Assembly (NCBI RefSeq): GCF_018977255.1
Contig: NW_024704745.1
Location: 11,408,001 to 11,472,000 of the forward strand
Origin: Callorhinchus milii
Taxonomy: Eukaryota
Direction of reading: 5' to 3'
DNA: 64,000 bases
The first letter of the stretch is position 1. The number at the start of each line of letters is the position of its first letter. Shown piece after piece: positions 13,199-27,700 of the stretch. The notes below the pieces were generated by a model that was not told the DNA's origin, searched no databases, and saw nothing but the letters and a program-made list of their open reading frames with translations. Made by a program: the position numbers and the translations under genes.

Positions 13199-13277
13199 AG
13201 TGACGTCAGCTAATACTAAGTGACGTCAGGTAAACAGCCAGGAGGCCCCCGGGCCAGAAACCACATTTACAGTGAGT
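13199..13277. promoter_or_regulatory. Intronic regulatory module with tandem CRE palindromes
   Basis: TGACGTCA at 13201-13208 and 13221-13228, GTAAACA (FOX-type) 13230-13236, AACCACA (RUNX-type) 13259-13265; locally CpG-rich in a CpG-poor intron. Confidence 0.5.
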
Positions 13278-13470
13278 TTGTAGAGAAGGTGGGTGTTTGC
13301 AGCGGATTCTGCGGAAGACACTTTTCTGTTGGCCCAGCCCATTACCCACTGTCCTTGAAGCCTCTTTCTGGTGTCTGGGACAGGATGACGTTGCTCAGTT
13401 CTGTGTAATTTTCTGAAAAATGTACTGTGTTGACTGGCACAAGGTCAACTTCTTTTTTTCACTTTTCCAG

Positions 13471-13559
13471 AGGTGCCTTACTAAGTCTGAATCCAGGGAG
13501 TCTTGGTGGTGCTCTCAGCCCAGCATTAATGAGTAATAGCACACTGGCGACTATTCAAG
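13471..13559 (+). CDS. POU2F1: POU2F1 penultimate coding exon
   Basis: ttccag|A GGT...CAA G|gtcag; 89 nt; [29 protein letters not shown]. Confidence 0.95.
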
Positions 13560-13804
13560 GTCAGTATTGCTGGAGTCTATTTATCCAACAGATTATTAAT
13601 GTGTGAGTCTTGACTGTGATTAGCATATTGCCTACCCCTTGGTCAAACATCTTGGTTTGCTAATATAAGAAAAATGAAATGTAATCACCATTTCATTATC
13701 TTTAAAAAGGTCCATTCTTATGGAAAATTAATATTTTCGGCACTGTCATTTTGAATTATGACTTTGCTAACTCCTATCTCAATTGGAATTATGTAGCCAT
13801 CACT

Positions 13805-14095
13805 ACATGTTACAGTAAATTCTGTGAAGTGCTTTGTGATCACCGAGCAAGTTGAGAGGAAGGGGCAGGGAGAAATGTGACCCAAGGGATGTTCGAAGAG
13901 ATAAGTAGGTTTTGAGAAGGGTTATGAAAATCGTTAGAGGGGTGTTTTTGGAAGGGAGTTCCAATGAGCAGGAGTTGTGGATGAAAATGGATGATTCCAG
14001 AGATGGAGAAAAATGATCATGTTCAAGGACTGGATACAAGATTTGAAAGAGAGCTGAGGATCGAACAAAACACCAAGGTTGTAAAGTGGAGTGAA
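13805..14095 (-). mobile_element. Degenerate L2 3' fragment
   Basis: Purine-rich + strand; minus ORF with ...FITLLKTYL; tail-like ctgtgaagtgctttg. Confidence 0.55.
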
Positions 14096-14193
14096 GTCCG
14101 TCCACAAAACACGCAGTCAATTTACTTTACAGTATATTCTGTGAAGAGCTTTGTGTCGTCTCAATATATCAAATGCAAGGATTATTATTATTA
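14095..14193 (+). mobile_element. SINE 3' tail fragment
   Basis: cagtcaatttactttacagtatattctgtgaagagc...aaatgcaaggattattatt. Similar tail-only copies at ~1757-1850(+), 9347-9420(-), 33085-33176(+), 37815-37935(+), 44115-44235(+), 46280-46390(-), 47820-47935(+), 48345-48430(-). Confidence 0.8.
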
Positions 14194-14399
14194 CATATGA
14201 CAAAAAAAGACTTCTACCAAAAAAAACAAATATTTCCTTTTTATGCAGTGCCATACCCTAAATTGTTCAATGGACCCTCGTTCTAACCATAAAATCCCAA
14301 CTCTTAACAAGGATGTGATAGTTGGTTTAATTGCTGGTACATGCTGCTGGCCAACAACAACTTGCATTTATATAGCGCCATTCACGCCGGATGCGTCTT

Positions 14400-14753
14400 A
14401 AGCCAGCTCACATCCAGATCATCCAGAACTCTGCAGCCCGTGTCTTCTCCCGCACCAGGCTCCGCGGCTCCGGCTTGCTTCATGTCCCACCCCCTCATCA
14501 GCCCCACCACTGGCAAGTAGACCTTCAGCTACTCTGCCCCCAACTTCTGGAACTCCTCTCCCTTGCCTTCTTCAAGACCTGTTTCAAAACTCTCCTCTTT
14601 GACCGTGTCTTTAGTCACCCCCCCTTCCCCCCCCTACCTTCCACCCTCTCCGATCCCGACCCTCAGCTTGGGTCCAAAGCATTGATTGTCGTGAGCCTTG
14701 GGTCACCCTCCTGACGTGAAAGGTGCTATACAAATGTAATTTTGTTGTTGTTG
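14400..14753 (+). mobile_element. L2-clade LINE 3' fragment
   Basis: IQIIQNSAARVFSRTR...FKTCFKTLLFDRVF; tail aaaggtgctatacaaatgtaa...(ttg)n. Confidence 0.85.
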
Positions 14754-15179
14754 CATGCCAGCTGGTTTCTGCACTTTATAAAAAAAAGCCACCTTTCTGG
14801 GCATCAGGTTTGCCCCCAATTTAACTTTCTGTGTGTTGTGCCTGCACAGCGTACAGGAAGTGATGTTGGCAGAGACCCAATCACCTCCATTTTAGTGCAT
14901 GCATAGTGAATGTCACAACCATCTTGTAACTAAATAGGTGCTACAAAAGGTGGGTTAACAGTGCCGCACTGTACTGATAACAGCATCTTAATCTGGAATT
15001 TACATATTCCAATGTGTCAGCCAGAGAGAATGATAAATTATAGCGTAACATTCTGATTTTTCTGATGATCATTTTCAGAGACTGCTTTTTAAATCTTTTT
15101 CACCAAATCTACTTTTTTTTGCATAGATATTTTGCTGAAGATACATTGCAGTACAGCTTACCTGTAGCAAAATTAGTAC

Positions 15180-15355
15180 ATAAATTGGTCACTCAATCCA
15201 CGACTGTTTGTGGACAATGCTGTGCGCAATTGGCTGCTGCGTTTCGCCCACCAAATATACAGTCAATTACTTTACAGTATATCCTGTGAAGCACTTTTGA
15301 GACGTCTTGAAGACTTGATAAGATGCTATATCAAATGTAAGGATTATTATTATTA
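15180..15355 (+). mobile_element. SINE family A, 5'-truncated
   Basis: aaattggtcactcaatccacgactgtttgtgg...aaatgtaaggattattatt. Confidence 0.85.
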
Positions 15356-15462
15356 CATAGCAACATTTCATGCTCCATTTCTTTGATGGTATAAAAATGG
15401 ATCCTTTGATTCAGAGCATTTGATTTTTTCATTCTTACCTGTTTTCTTTCTTTTCTCCTCAG

Positions 15463-15761
15463 CACTTGCATCCAGTGGGTCACTTCCTATAACCTCCTTC
15501 GATGCCAGTGGAAATCTATTGCTTGCCAATGCAGCTCACCAAGGGGGCACTCCAAACATTGTTACAGGCCCACTTTTTTTGAACCCACAGAACCTTTCCC
15601 TGCTCACCAGCAACCCAGCCGTAAGCCTGGTATCTGCTGCTGGGGCAACTGGACATACCGCCAGTCTCCATATGACCTCTGTGTCAGCTGATTCCAGCCA
15701 GAACTCTTCGTTCACTGTGACCTCAGCAGGCGGGGCCACCAGCACCACCAAGGCTCAATGA
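15463..15761 (+). CDS. POU2F1: POU2F1 last coding exon with stop
   Basis: cctcag|CA CTT...CAA TGA; (A)[51 protein letters not shown]...TTKAQ*; ends in KAQ like Oct-1. Confidence 0.96.
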
Positions 15762-18700
15762 GATGCGATTCCCAGAATGGGTCAACTGATCCAGCGATGG
15801 GATGTGTATTTGGCTGCTTCCAGCAAAAGCAAAACTGATGTTTGCCTAATTTTTTTTAACCTGCTTGTTTTTCAGGATTGTGTCACATATGACAAAAAAA
15901 AGACTTCTACCAAAAAAGAAAACACGTGAATATTTATCGTTTCAGACGGTCATAACAATATAGGAGTCATTAACAATGCATAGGCAAGGGTTCTGTCTCC
16001 TCCTAGTATCTATTTTATTAGTTCTTTTTTTAATTGTGTGTTTATTTTAATTGGGTCTGTTGTACAGGCCTTTTTGTTTCATAAAGGTGTTTATATCATG
16101 TATAAATAGCATGGGTTTCTTTAACTGGTACAGTTTAGGCAGGCCTGTACTTGTGCATCTTTTTTTCTTCTTGTGTATACCGTTAAGAAAATTAGGTTTT
16201 TATGGGTTTTTTCTTGCTAACGTCTCTTGGAATGGCTTCCTTTCAAAGATAAAGGTTGTTTTTTTTTGTCGGGTACACTGTAGATTTATGCACCGTTTGT
16301 ATAATGTGGTTTACTGTCGGTTATTTTGTAGGAAAGATGCAAGGATAGATAAGTCTAGACAAAAATTCACGAACTGGTGGTTTTTCAAATGATACTTGTT
16401 TTTAAGATCACAGTGTTTGAACTACCTAAACATGGTGGTTGGGTAATAACAACAAATTTGATTCCACCAGGAATATTGATCTACATGGCTGAACAACTGG
16501 AAATGGAGACTTTATCGTGTGTGGATCGTATGTGAAGTTTTTGTCAACTCAAATACTAGAGAATCAATCGGAATCATTGTGGAAGATGGTAGTAATGAGC
16601 AAACTGCAATCCAAACTGGCCAATCATAAAAGGCGATATAGGCTTCTGATAGGAAAATTGATTACCCAGTTTCCAGAAACTGCTTTACTTATAGAAACTG
16701 GATAATGTATGTTTTCCGTAGAGCCTCATAACATATCTAATGTTGGCTCAGTTTGGAGTTTGTTCATCTGTATTGGAAAATAGGGTTGTTTTGAGACATG
16801 AGGCTTACAGTATGCACAGTATGGCTTGACCCATTGCTGTAAGCGTGCACCGTATTGAAACCAAATATTAAAGGACTGGAGGAGAGCATTGCAGTTCATA
16901 TGGAGTAAAATGGTGTTTGTCATTTTACTGAAAGGTAGCCACCCATGGTGATACTGATAACCAAGCTTAATGCTATATTTAGACTACGCATACATTAGCT
17001 TTAGCTAACTGGCTATTAAATTGATTTTGCAATTGAAATCTGTGTGACTGGTGCTGTACTTCCTATAAGTAATAGTAACCAGATACAACTAAACCAATTC
17101 CTTCAACTTAAAATAAATGACAGACACCTTTTTCCCCTTGTCAGAAACTGTAATCATCTCCTTTTCAAGGCATAAAAATCGCAGTTCTGGTACTCTTACA
17201 CTACCAAACTGCAAACAAAATGAATATGGCTGCCTACCAAATATGGCTAGCTATTAAAGCTTGAACCAAAGTCAGTTTTACCTAGCTGCTGTACCAATGA
17301 CATTGTTTGCATGAGTGCAGTTAATAGGCATCAGTAATTTAGTTGCTACTGTTCGTATAAGGAAAACTGTTGCTATTTTCTACTTAAGTATAGTTTTGCA
17401 GGTAAGGAATCTTCAAACTTGGACTTCATGTTGTTGCAAAGTAGCCAAGAGTTTGGTGCAGCCAGTTTTCATTGGGCAATTTAAATTGACTGGCCAACCT
17501 AATATAGGCTGGTGTTGCAGTGAGATCACAGGGGTTGAAGACTTTATTTCAAGATATAAGGTCCTATGAGTGTTAAGTTGTGCAGAACAGATATTGTGAC
17601 AAATTGTGTTGGAATTGCTAGAAGTGTTCTGCTGCAGGACTTGTATGCTTGCTTCTAGGTCTGTTGTTACATGTGTATTGGAGACAGCAAACCAGTTCTG
17701 TATCGCAGCACAATAAAGTAATATAGAATTCTCACTGGGTAATCACACACTTTGGAAAATGTTGTAATTATCCTAGACCTAAGAATATTCTTCTGAAGTG
17801 TGATTGATCAGAAGTTACAAATGAAGTCTCTTATTTCTCTGATGGCAAAAACATACAGTTTCTCCCCTTTTTTTGTATGCTTCCAGCAACCATTCAGGTC
17901 GGATGCTTGAGATATCTGTCCAACTGATACCTCCATTTGGAACCTATTATAAAGCCACCAAATATATTTTAAAAATAAGCAAATAAATTCTACACGTAGA
18001 GTTAATGGCTTCCAGACCAGATATAGTTTAAACTTAAGTCTTTGGCACTGTTAATGCATATCTGAAACAGTAAGTATTCAGTAAAAGTTGTCTTGTCTAA
18101 ATAAATTGATCTAAAAGAGGGGCTGCCTAATGCTGAATTGTATTGGTGCTTAAATCTATTTTCCCATGGAGTGGAAGAATGTCCCTTCTTGAGGAGTTCC
18201 TGAAGTTATTTTGGCTGTTTGGTTGGAAGCAAGGTCTTTCCCCTGAATCATCCTGTGGCATTCACACACCTTCTTCCTACTCATTGAAGTGTGACTTGGG
18301 ATCAAGGTTGGCCTACAAGTGTCTTGTTCTGGAAATAGTATGTAAGAGAGAAAGAGAACTGATTGGAAGTAAGTCTCATGATTCAGACTTCAGATCAACT
18401 GAAAACAGCCCAGAAAATGGTGGTTGCTGACAGCTTTCACAGAATAAGGGACTTCTGTCAAAATAGTGAGTAAATTTGACTTGAATTTGAGTTTCATTCG
18501 TTTATTTTTTAACCCTTTTGAGGACTTATTTATAATTTCTGAGTCAACTTATGTTTCATAAATGGCAAATATTTTAAAACATGACACAAAAGTAATATAA
18601 GATGTAACTGTTTCAATTTTGAATATAAAGTAAGAAGTCATCAGCCAAGGTAGAGAACTGGACTGGGTCTGGAGATTCAGCTATAGATTTTTGTTAATAA

Positions 18701-21700
18701 AAATATAGCTGATGTGAATCTTTTACCCGATTGAACCAGTTCACACAAACAAAATGTTGATACTCCATTACAGCCTTATTTAAAACCGAAGAGAAATTAG
18801 ATAAATTCTAATCTGTGGTCCTCAGAGGGTTAATATATTATTCCAAGGGCAATCTGTACCAATCTGTTGCAAAGGAGAGTATTGTTTAGTTGGTAGGACA
18901 TTGGAGTGAGGGGAGAAAATGTGATTTTATTTCATATGCTCTTGTACAAATTAGAACTGGTCAATTCTATTTGCACCAATGATGAGGGGATGTCAGTGGA
19001 TCATGTGAGACAAGGTAGTGATAGATTTAGATGAATTTTCCATCTATTTAAAAAAATATATACTGTTTGGGTAACAAGTGAATACAAAGTTTGATAGTTA
19101 TTTGTCCTCAGTTCACATTGATCAATTTAACAGTCATTCACTGTCCATATGTTTAGTAGAAGAAAACGCCTTTATGAATCTTTCCATGGCTTAAAATTTG
19201 GTAATTCATTTAATTGACCTATTAGTATATTATTTAGTTTGCTGAATTCACTGTAGTTCATAAAGATTTGAAAACAAAGCTAGGAATGAAGAGTGAGAAG
19301 AAGTTGGATATTAATCCACTCTATGTCAAATGCAAGGATTGTTATTATGATATATTGTTGGAAAAAGTACATTTTGAAAATTCATACCTGGAAGCGCGTT
19401 TACTAAGAATTAGCCATAAATTTGATCTTCACGGATTGTTTTGTCCATCTTTCTAAACCTCTTTGTTTTTAAAGCAAATTTGTAAAACTTCAGTTCTTTC
19501 ATCAAAATATGCTTGTATTGTTTTAAGATTAATACAGTATTTACATTTTGGCCAGGAGAGAATTTTTAAAAATGAAACAGGCCTGCCCTTGCTTGATTAT
19601 ATAATGGTCGTGAATTCACATATCCAAACTTTGAAATTGATATATTTTTTAAAAGTCTAGCCACATCAGAGCATTGTGTTAAAGGCTATCCAATCACTTG
19701 CAAGACATCAGTTCAAATATAGCTAAGTCGGAAGACTTTGAATGCCAAATACTGGAGCTGTAAAAGCTACATACAATTTCAATACAGTTCTTTGTCTCTA
19801 TAACCACAACTCGTCCTCTGTTTGTTGGTGCAAATGATATGTTTTGAAGATGCACAGAACGAGAAACAGCTAATTTTAAAATTAACTAGGATCTGTTCAC
19901 GCTCTCGCACACTTAGATGAATCTGATCTATGTGAAGTTTTTATTTCTCATATTTCAGATGTATTATATATTTTTGAGTTTTAAAAGCCAAATAATGTTG
20001 GTGTACATTAACATGCAGATCCACCACATTTCGGTTTTAGGATGAGAATTGAGATGCAGGATGATAATATTTTCTTTTTTGCACATTTCTAATACAAGAG
20101 TATTATCACATTTTGTCACCATAAACTAGCTGATAGCTAATAATCAGGAGACTTGAGAAAAGTTATTTTGATTTAGAACTCTGCCAATAAAACATACTTA
20201 ACATTTTCATACATCTTTAATATGAATTTAACATTCATAAATTGTTTCTGACAAATTAAGTGCAGTGCAGTGGGTAATTTTGGTCTATGTTATTTTAGTT
20301 TTTAACTCTCTTCAATTTGACTTCTTCTCTGTAGACAAGGCCAATGTTGTAACAAACGATCGATCCTTAGACTCCAAGCAGGACTTTTTTTTTGCCTCTG
20401 GGACTAGACTGCTTTTGTACGTTTTAAGCTCAATCAATGTGATGCTGAAAATAATTACAGTAATTGCGCTATTCTTACTCCTACTTCCACTCCAAAGCCA
20501 TTTGCTTTTTTCGACTTAGGATACTGGGTGCCATTTTTGAACTGTGAATTTGTATTTCAAACCATGAGTGCCAGTGGGCCATTCAACCTTGGATTGAAAT
20601 TGCAACTACAGGGAGAGTATGTAATCTCTCTTGAAACCCATTGCAAAAGCAGCAGACTTAAATTGACTCTGTATGACGTTATACAGTTGTTTGCAGAATT
20701 CAGCCTTCTGCCATTTTCATCTTTATTCTTTAGGATATGAGAAAGCACTATTGACCCAAGTTCTGTTGATCAAAGCGTTATAGAAATAATGCCCATCTCT
20801 CTCTTAAAATCCATTGACACAGAAGAACAGTGCTATACATGTATTGATTTGATTAATTAATTTGACTCTAGTGTACAAAACAAAGAAATTGTCATAACCT
20901 TTATATTTCTCTATTCTGTTGGTTGTTACCAATACTTTTTATCACAACTGTAACACATTGATGAGCACCATGCCAGAATACTCCACCTTTGGAATGAGAG
21001 GATGAAACTTAACCAGTCCCATTGCAACACTGAGTTTCGATTGAGCTTCATGTAGTACTATTTGGCGTTTCAGTTGAACAAGCATAAATTAAGGATTAAA
21101 ACAATCCTATATTGCCCATCTGTTTTAAATCAATTTAATTAAAAATTAATCACATTGCAGCATTTTACCAATATTATCCACTGTATTATGAACTTCAATT
21201 TCTAAGAAACATTAGCTGTGCAAACATTTTCATTGGGAAGTAACAAGACAGGTCTTGGACCCTATAAGTAGAACGTGAGCAAAATTTTTCATCATTGCAA
21301 TCTTTCCATATAAAAAATAAATACCTCAGCATCGCTTAGCAATTACAGGCTTGCTTTGCAAACGCAAAAATTTTTCCTGTTGGATATGATTGTAGATTTA
21401 GAATGTAGATGTTGATTCTTGGGTGATATTCTGTATATAAAAAAATTTAGGAAACAAAATTTTGGTTATGGGTTTAGTTCTTTTAAAAAGGGTGATGTTG
21501 GTTCCTGAAGAAAGAAAAAGTCAATCACTTTGTGATTCTATTTGCCAAAGGAAACTCCTTCTTTCGCAACTCGATCAATTTATAACGTGGCCTGAGTTTC
21601 AGCATGCCTCATCTCATTGTTTTAACCTAGTAAAGATTTGTATTGTAGCTCTTCTACATTTCTGAACAGTACAGTACTGTTTCACTGGCCATTTGTTAGA

Positions 21701-24700
21701 AAGGGGTTAGATCAACAATATCTGGGATGGGGGAGGGTTCCACTATAGAAATGATGTTTTCTAAAATTAAAAGGAAAAAGTGAAAATGTTTTATTTGTGT
21801 TGTAAACTGAATGTAGTGTTTGTCACACTAATAGTTGAGTAATTTTTTAACTTCGTATTATTATTGTTGTTGATAGCAATGCTAAATAATTCAGTCTAGA
21901 CCAAAAATATATCCTGCTCCTTGCACCTGCTTGACTGATCAAAGAACAGTTGTATTGATAAGTGGTTAAGGTTGGCTCCAGGCATTCGGTTGATGTCTTG
22001 GAGTAAATGGTCCATAACAGTTTGACTATCATAACTCTCCCTTTTGCATCCAGTTGGTGGAATGAGAATTTGCAGCAGCTTGTTGGTTGTGATCTTAAGT
22101 CACCAAACTAGGTGGTGCCCCATAGGTGGTTTCAGCAGCCATTTTAAACCCAAAGTTTGGGTTCAGATGTGGTTTTGAATCTTCAGTGGCATGATTTGAC
22201 TTTTGAATGGTAAATATTAGGGTGTGCAATTTTTTTTTAATGTTTTATCTGTTGCGTCAGTGTTGTACAAGGATTAGTTGAAAAGTCCTGGTAACTGATT
22301 GCAGCTTTATGCCAAATAGTAACTGCGTTGGTAACCTCATCTGGATATAATTGCCACCAATTCAGTTAATCTGATTTTTACCTACAAGATCTTTGGTTAT
22401 TTGTTCGGTTTATTTAAGGGCTTTTGCCTTCGTCTTTTTTTGACTTCTCATTTTAAATTTCATGCAAAACATAAACCTAACTGGTTATATGCTGAAATAG
22501 TGTTGTGTTTTCACCATTTAAATGTAATTTTATTTGCCACAATGGTAAAATATTAAGAATTTTATTATATTGCACACCTTAAATGTTACTACTCACTCAG
22601 TTGAAGGGCTGCTTTCCGAGGCACGTGGCTACCATGATTTGCGTACCTATTTCGTATATTTTCATTAATAGTTCAGCGCTAATGGCCAAAGTTATTGCAA
22701 GACTGGACAGTGCTGTGGGCAATTAAAACTTCTGGTTGAGGGTTGCAGCAGTGTTACAGTCGACCCACACCTCTGTGCCCTTTATCATTATCACCAATAT
22801 CATTGCATAGATCAATAATAGTGTAACATTTAATGCTATGTATGGTCAGTTCAAGATAGTACTAGAGTTGGGCGATACAATATCTTACTAAACTTCTCCA
22901 CCGAAGACTAATGGAGCTGCAACAAAAATATCAATCCATTTATTCGTACCGTGGTGATTTTTAAGCAATGCCTACCAAACCGCTTTACATTGCAACTTGT
23001 ATAAGGATGAACAAAAAGTTGAGTTCCTAAGGACTTTAAAGGCAACTTTAATTGTATCGATTTTCAATTTCTGCACACTCAAAAAAAATCTGTTTCAAAC
23101 ATCATACTTTATCCTGTTTTTTTTTCATCATTCTTGTCCCATGCCTACTCCCAACAAATTTCAAGTGAGTTAACCAGTTAGTGGCTTGATGGCGCCCTCT
23201 TCTTCCAGTTATGAAGGCATAATAGCCTTGTCTACAAATGTTTCTGTTGCTTTTGTAATTTTTGAGTCTTCCACCAGGAGGTTTTGTTCTCTTGAGCTGG
23301 ACTACTGTTAGTATTTTCATTTTTTATAGACAAAATAGGTTTTTTAAAAAAAACAGCTATCATACCTGTTATTCCTCACATCCAGCTGAATCTGTACATT
23401 CATTGTTTTTGGACTTCTTTTTCAGGAAAAAAATACGAGCCAGTAAATTGTTCCATGCGTTTGAATACCATATGAGGTAACATGACAAAGATTTGGGGAG
23501 ATTAGAGCTATGTTGCTGTAGCAACTATCTGCCATAAAGGATTTTCATTCTTTTCCCCTCCCCCATAAGGTATCAACATCATGTGAAGAAATTTGAAATA
23601 TTCAGACGTTTTGCTCATTCCTTATGCATTTTTTTTTAAACATCGCCCAGCTCTAGATACGTTAAGTGAAGCGCCCAATGAAAGTGTTGCAGCTTACTCC
23701 AATTTAAGGAAGCAATGAACGTCTGAGCCATTTTACCTTTATTATGCTTTCTTTGACATGTTCCCAGCATTTTCTTATAAACTGGGTACATATATAAATG
23801 GTGCCTATACTGGAGCCTGAAAAACTATTACAATTATATGATAATACTGTTTCTATTACTGTACGGTAATCAGTTACTCACAGGGATTTCATTTCTGTGT
23901 TTTCATGTTCGGTAAAATCTGGTACACACATCACTATTTATTTCCTTGGAAACCTCTGAGGTATGGAATAGCAATTTGTACTACTGGTCAAAGTTTTATA
24001 TAAATGTAAAATAAGCATATAAAGTAGAAGAGTGACTTATAGGTGTCAATCTCACACCTCATTTAATGGCAAATGCAAACAGCAATAGGTATTTTCAAAA
24101 CACCTATTGCTTTCGCTTCCATCTCGTATTCATAGGGAAGCTCTCAAAGAAAGCAAAATAAATTTCTGTTGACTCATTGTTAGGATTAGCTGCTGAATTT
24201 GTGCAGCTTTAGTCACCAATATTAACCTTTTGAATACTGTATTTCCTTTCTCTCTTTTGAACACTCTTATATTTTCTGTTCTGAAATCATATTTTGTCTA
24301 TCAATCCTTATAGCTGTTCCAAAGAATTCATAAAGTCTACAAAACAACCTCTGCTTTAATCTCAAAATTATACTCGCATAAAACTCAATGCCAATATACT
24401 GCTACAGTAATGAAAGGGTTAATGTGGGTTGGTATGGGAAGATGGGGAAGGGGATAAATCAATCTGGTGGCTCAGTCGTTGAATGTGTGAAATATTGGAT
24501 TGAAGTAAATAAACTAGCAACAGACTAAGTTGAGAATTGTGAACACATAGTGTTGATTTAACCAGGAGACTTTTGCCCTAGCGGCTTGTGAAGGTAGAAC
24601 TGATTCTCATTTTAGGGACTCTCTTTGTGAAGAGCCAAGTTGTCTTGGAGAAAGATGTAAAAAAAACTTGATGAATCCATTTCAGTTATGTAAGAAGAGC

Positions 24701-27700
24701 ACTTGGAACAAAGGCATAGATCAGGTTGTACAGTAAATTAATGAATGAAGGAAATCTGAGGAAGAAAATGAAATCTCATAACAATTTATTCCCATGTCTG
24801 CTGTAAATATCCAGACAAGTTGTATCATGTCTACTACTATAGATCAATCAGAATTGCTTGCTTTTTTATTACAGGCCTGATTTTTAGCAAAAATTACAAT
24901 TACTGTTTCAATTTCAACTGTTTTTTTTAAAAAAAGGTTAATTATAGCCCACGGAAATTGAGAGTGGCAATTTATTTCAACTGAGTTTGGAAGTGATTTG
25001 TCACCCAAATAAAGAAATGTCAAACATGCCGTAAAAGTGGCCAGTTAACCGGCGTTCCACCAGATTTTATCAATAGATTGGGATACCCCTAATCATGGTG
25101 TGATAACTGAATTGTGATACAGTATTGGAATCTGACTCTAGTTGTCACCAAGGAGAGGGGAGAAAAATTTAGCCTCGCAAGCTATTGTGAGAGACGATTG
25201 TGCCCTCTCCCATGGTGTTTTTCTGAAGTTGGATTTGGCTAATCAGTGCAGCAAGATTTCACGTGACTTTGGTTAATGGAAAATTATGGGGAAAGGAGAA
25301 GTGAACCTCGTCTGCCGACTTTTTGTTTCCTTACTCAAGGATCTTGCAAAACTTTTAATTGGAATTAACTTGTACTGTCCGGTCAGTCACTAGGCATGGT
25401 TGTTTCATTTTCTTCCTCTTGCTTAAAATGGTGTCATTACCATTTGCTGTAGGTACAGGAGCTGTTTTATACCTCATTTCTAACTTGTGACTGAGTAACT
25501 CACTTTAATCTTCTCCCCCCTCAGAGTGGCTGAACCTGCCCACTGACTGTACTTTTTGAAAAAAAATCTGGCATGTATCAACACTGGCACAGCAGGAGAA
25601 TAACAACAGTCAAATTTGATAACTAAACTCTTAAACAATGGGCATATTGCAATCCCTTAACTCTTTTAATTTCCTTTCCCTTCATCATTAGCATCATTCC
25701 CCTCCAAATTTAGCCAAACCGCTAATCCTGTTTAGATAAGAACTGAAATTATAGGCTGATTATTTGACTTGCTGAGTTTTTACTGACTTAGGGGGAAAAA
25801 AAGCAGCTGAATAACTAAATTCTCGGGCATCAGCCCAATACTTTGGTTATTATTTCCATTTCGAATAGGAATTTCACTGTTTTTCTCACAAACTCCACAA
25901 AGGCCACACTTGAATGCAAAAGTGGCAATTAATGTGCTTTTTTTGTGTCCTCTGGGAAACGCATTAAACTCATAATGTGCCCATTTACAGTAATCTTAGT
26001 GGAGTAATTCTCCATGGGCTTCATCCCTCAGATGTATTTGAATTCAAGTCCAGACTATTGCACATTAGTATCATTAGCCAAATAGTGATTGTTACTAACA
26101 AATGCTGTTCAGTTTTGACAATCTTGTTTCAGATCGGGTAGGGTATTATGCCCATCATTAAGAATACCCTGAGAATAGCACTCATTCTCTGAATGTAAAT
26201 GTTAGTGATGGTTGTTCCTGCCATGCTCAGTGCTTTTGCTACATGCCAGCAACCTTACATTGTGCTGATAAAACCAAAGACTTACTAATGATTGTATGAA
26301 CTAAAAATAATTTTTTTTAAGAAGTCTTCAGTCCTACACTAATCTTATTTCAAAAGTGTGAATTGCTTACAGTAACGAGAGTTGGAAAGTAAAAGAAATG
26401 TGCTTTGCACTGTCCTCTAAAGAATTAGGGGAACAACTGAAAGTGGAGCCCAATGTGTTATTTGATTGGTCAAAAGACTGGGGACCCCAGTGGTAGGGTT
26501 GGCTCCTCTGTGGGGCATCACTTTGTGGGCTGGGTGATATGGATTAATACACACTGAGGTGCTCTTCAAAACTAGCTGGAAGCTGCCGTTTCATTTTGCA
26601 AAAGAAAAATGGACTATAAAGGATGCAGCTTGCTTACAAAGGTTTCATCTTCTTTTCATAATACCACTGTGCGACTATGCATTATATTCCTCAACCTTGT
26701 GCTAGATAGAAACTCCAGAGTACTTTTTGTGTGGAGAAAGATGGTTTTTTTTTGTGTCCAGTGATTTTTTTTTGAGTACTACATGGGGGTTGTAGGATCA
26801 TACAAGCTCTATCCCAAAGCAAAATCCAAATGTTAACATTCGCCTAATGCAGATACCAAAGATTTATTTCTTCTTCGCAACCTTAGAATTGTGTATTAAA
26901 TGCAATTACCCAGCAGGCATTAGTCTAACCTCAGTAATTCCAAAGCTTAGATGTATATTTTGGTATATTTCTGGGATAAAAGTTTTTTTTGTTGTCAAAT
27001 CCTTGTTCGTTTCAGTGTATTGCTCTTAAGTCATGGCATGAGATAAAAAAATTAAATTGTCTTACTTGGTAGTTTAAGATATAGTATTTTTGTATGTTTT
27101 TGGGTGTGTCTTTGTGTGTGAGAACATAACTGTTTTTCACTGCCTAGTTGTTCATAGTTACAAGTGTACATATCCAGTTTTGGACGTCCGCAGGCTTACG
27201 TTCTTTAAGTGTGTGACCTTCCTATTTATTGGAAGGTGTTTTTTTAATGCAGTTTTTCAATACAGTATTCCTTTTTATGTATGAAAAATGTATATCTGCA
27301 TGAACAAAATCTACGTGAGTTTTTTTTATATAAAAAGCAAACTCAAGCTCATTCATTCACAGCAAAATAATTAGAGTGTAGAATTCCTCAGTAGGAAGAA
27401 ATGAACCCTACAATTTTCAACAGACCAATTATAAAATGTTTTGGGGAACTGGTAACATATATTACATATTTTAGGGCAGATCTACAAATGGATATTGTAT
27501 GGTTATTTCCTCTTCTGCATTGTATATTGGTCTGTTTGATTCAGGTTTTTTTTCTTAATTGTCTGATCAGACTGCCACTGAACTGCCTTTAAAGGAGAAA
27601 GTAGAAGTCGGAAGAGAACTGGTACTTTCTTACTTGCTGTTCAGTAGATGGCCAGCCAGAAAGAGTACAGCAAACAGAGTCTACATATGACCATTCTACA

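Noticed and set aside
15536-15751. 71-aa minus ORF over the last POU2F1 exon as a CD3-theta/eta-like antisense exon
   Set aside because: No in-frame minus-strand acceptor found. The best nearby acceptor (15907-15908) hits a stop after 7 codons, so a shadow ORF is the simpler explanation
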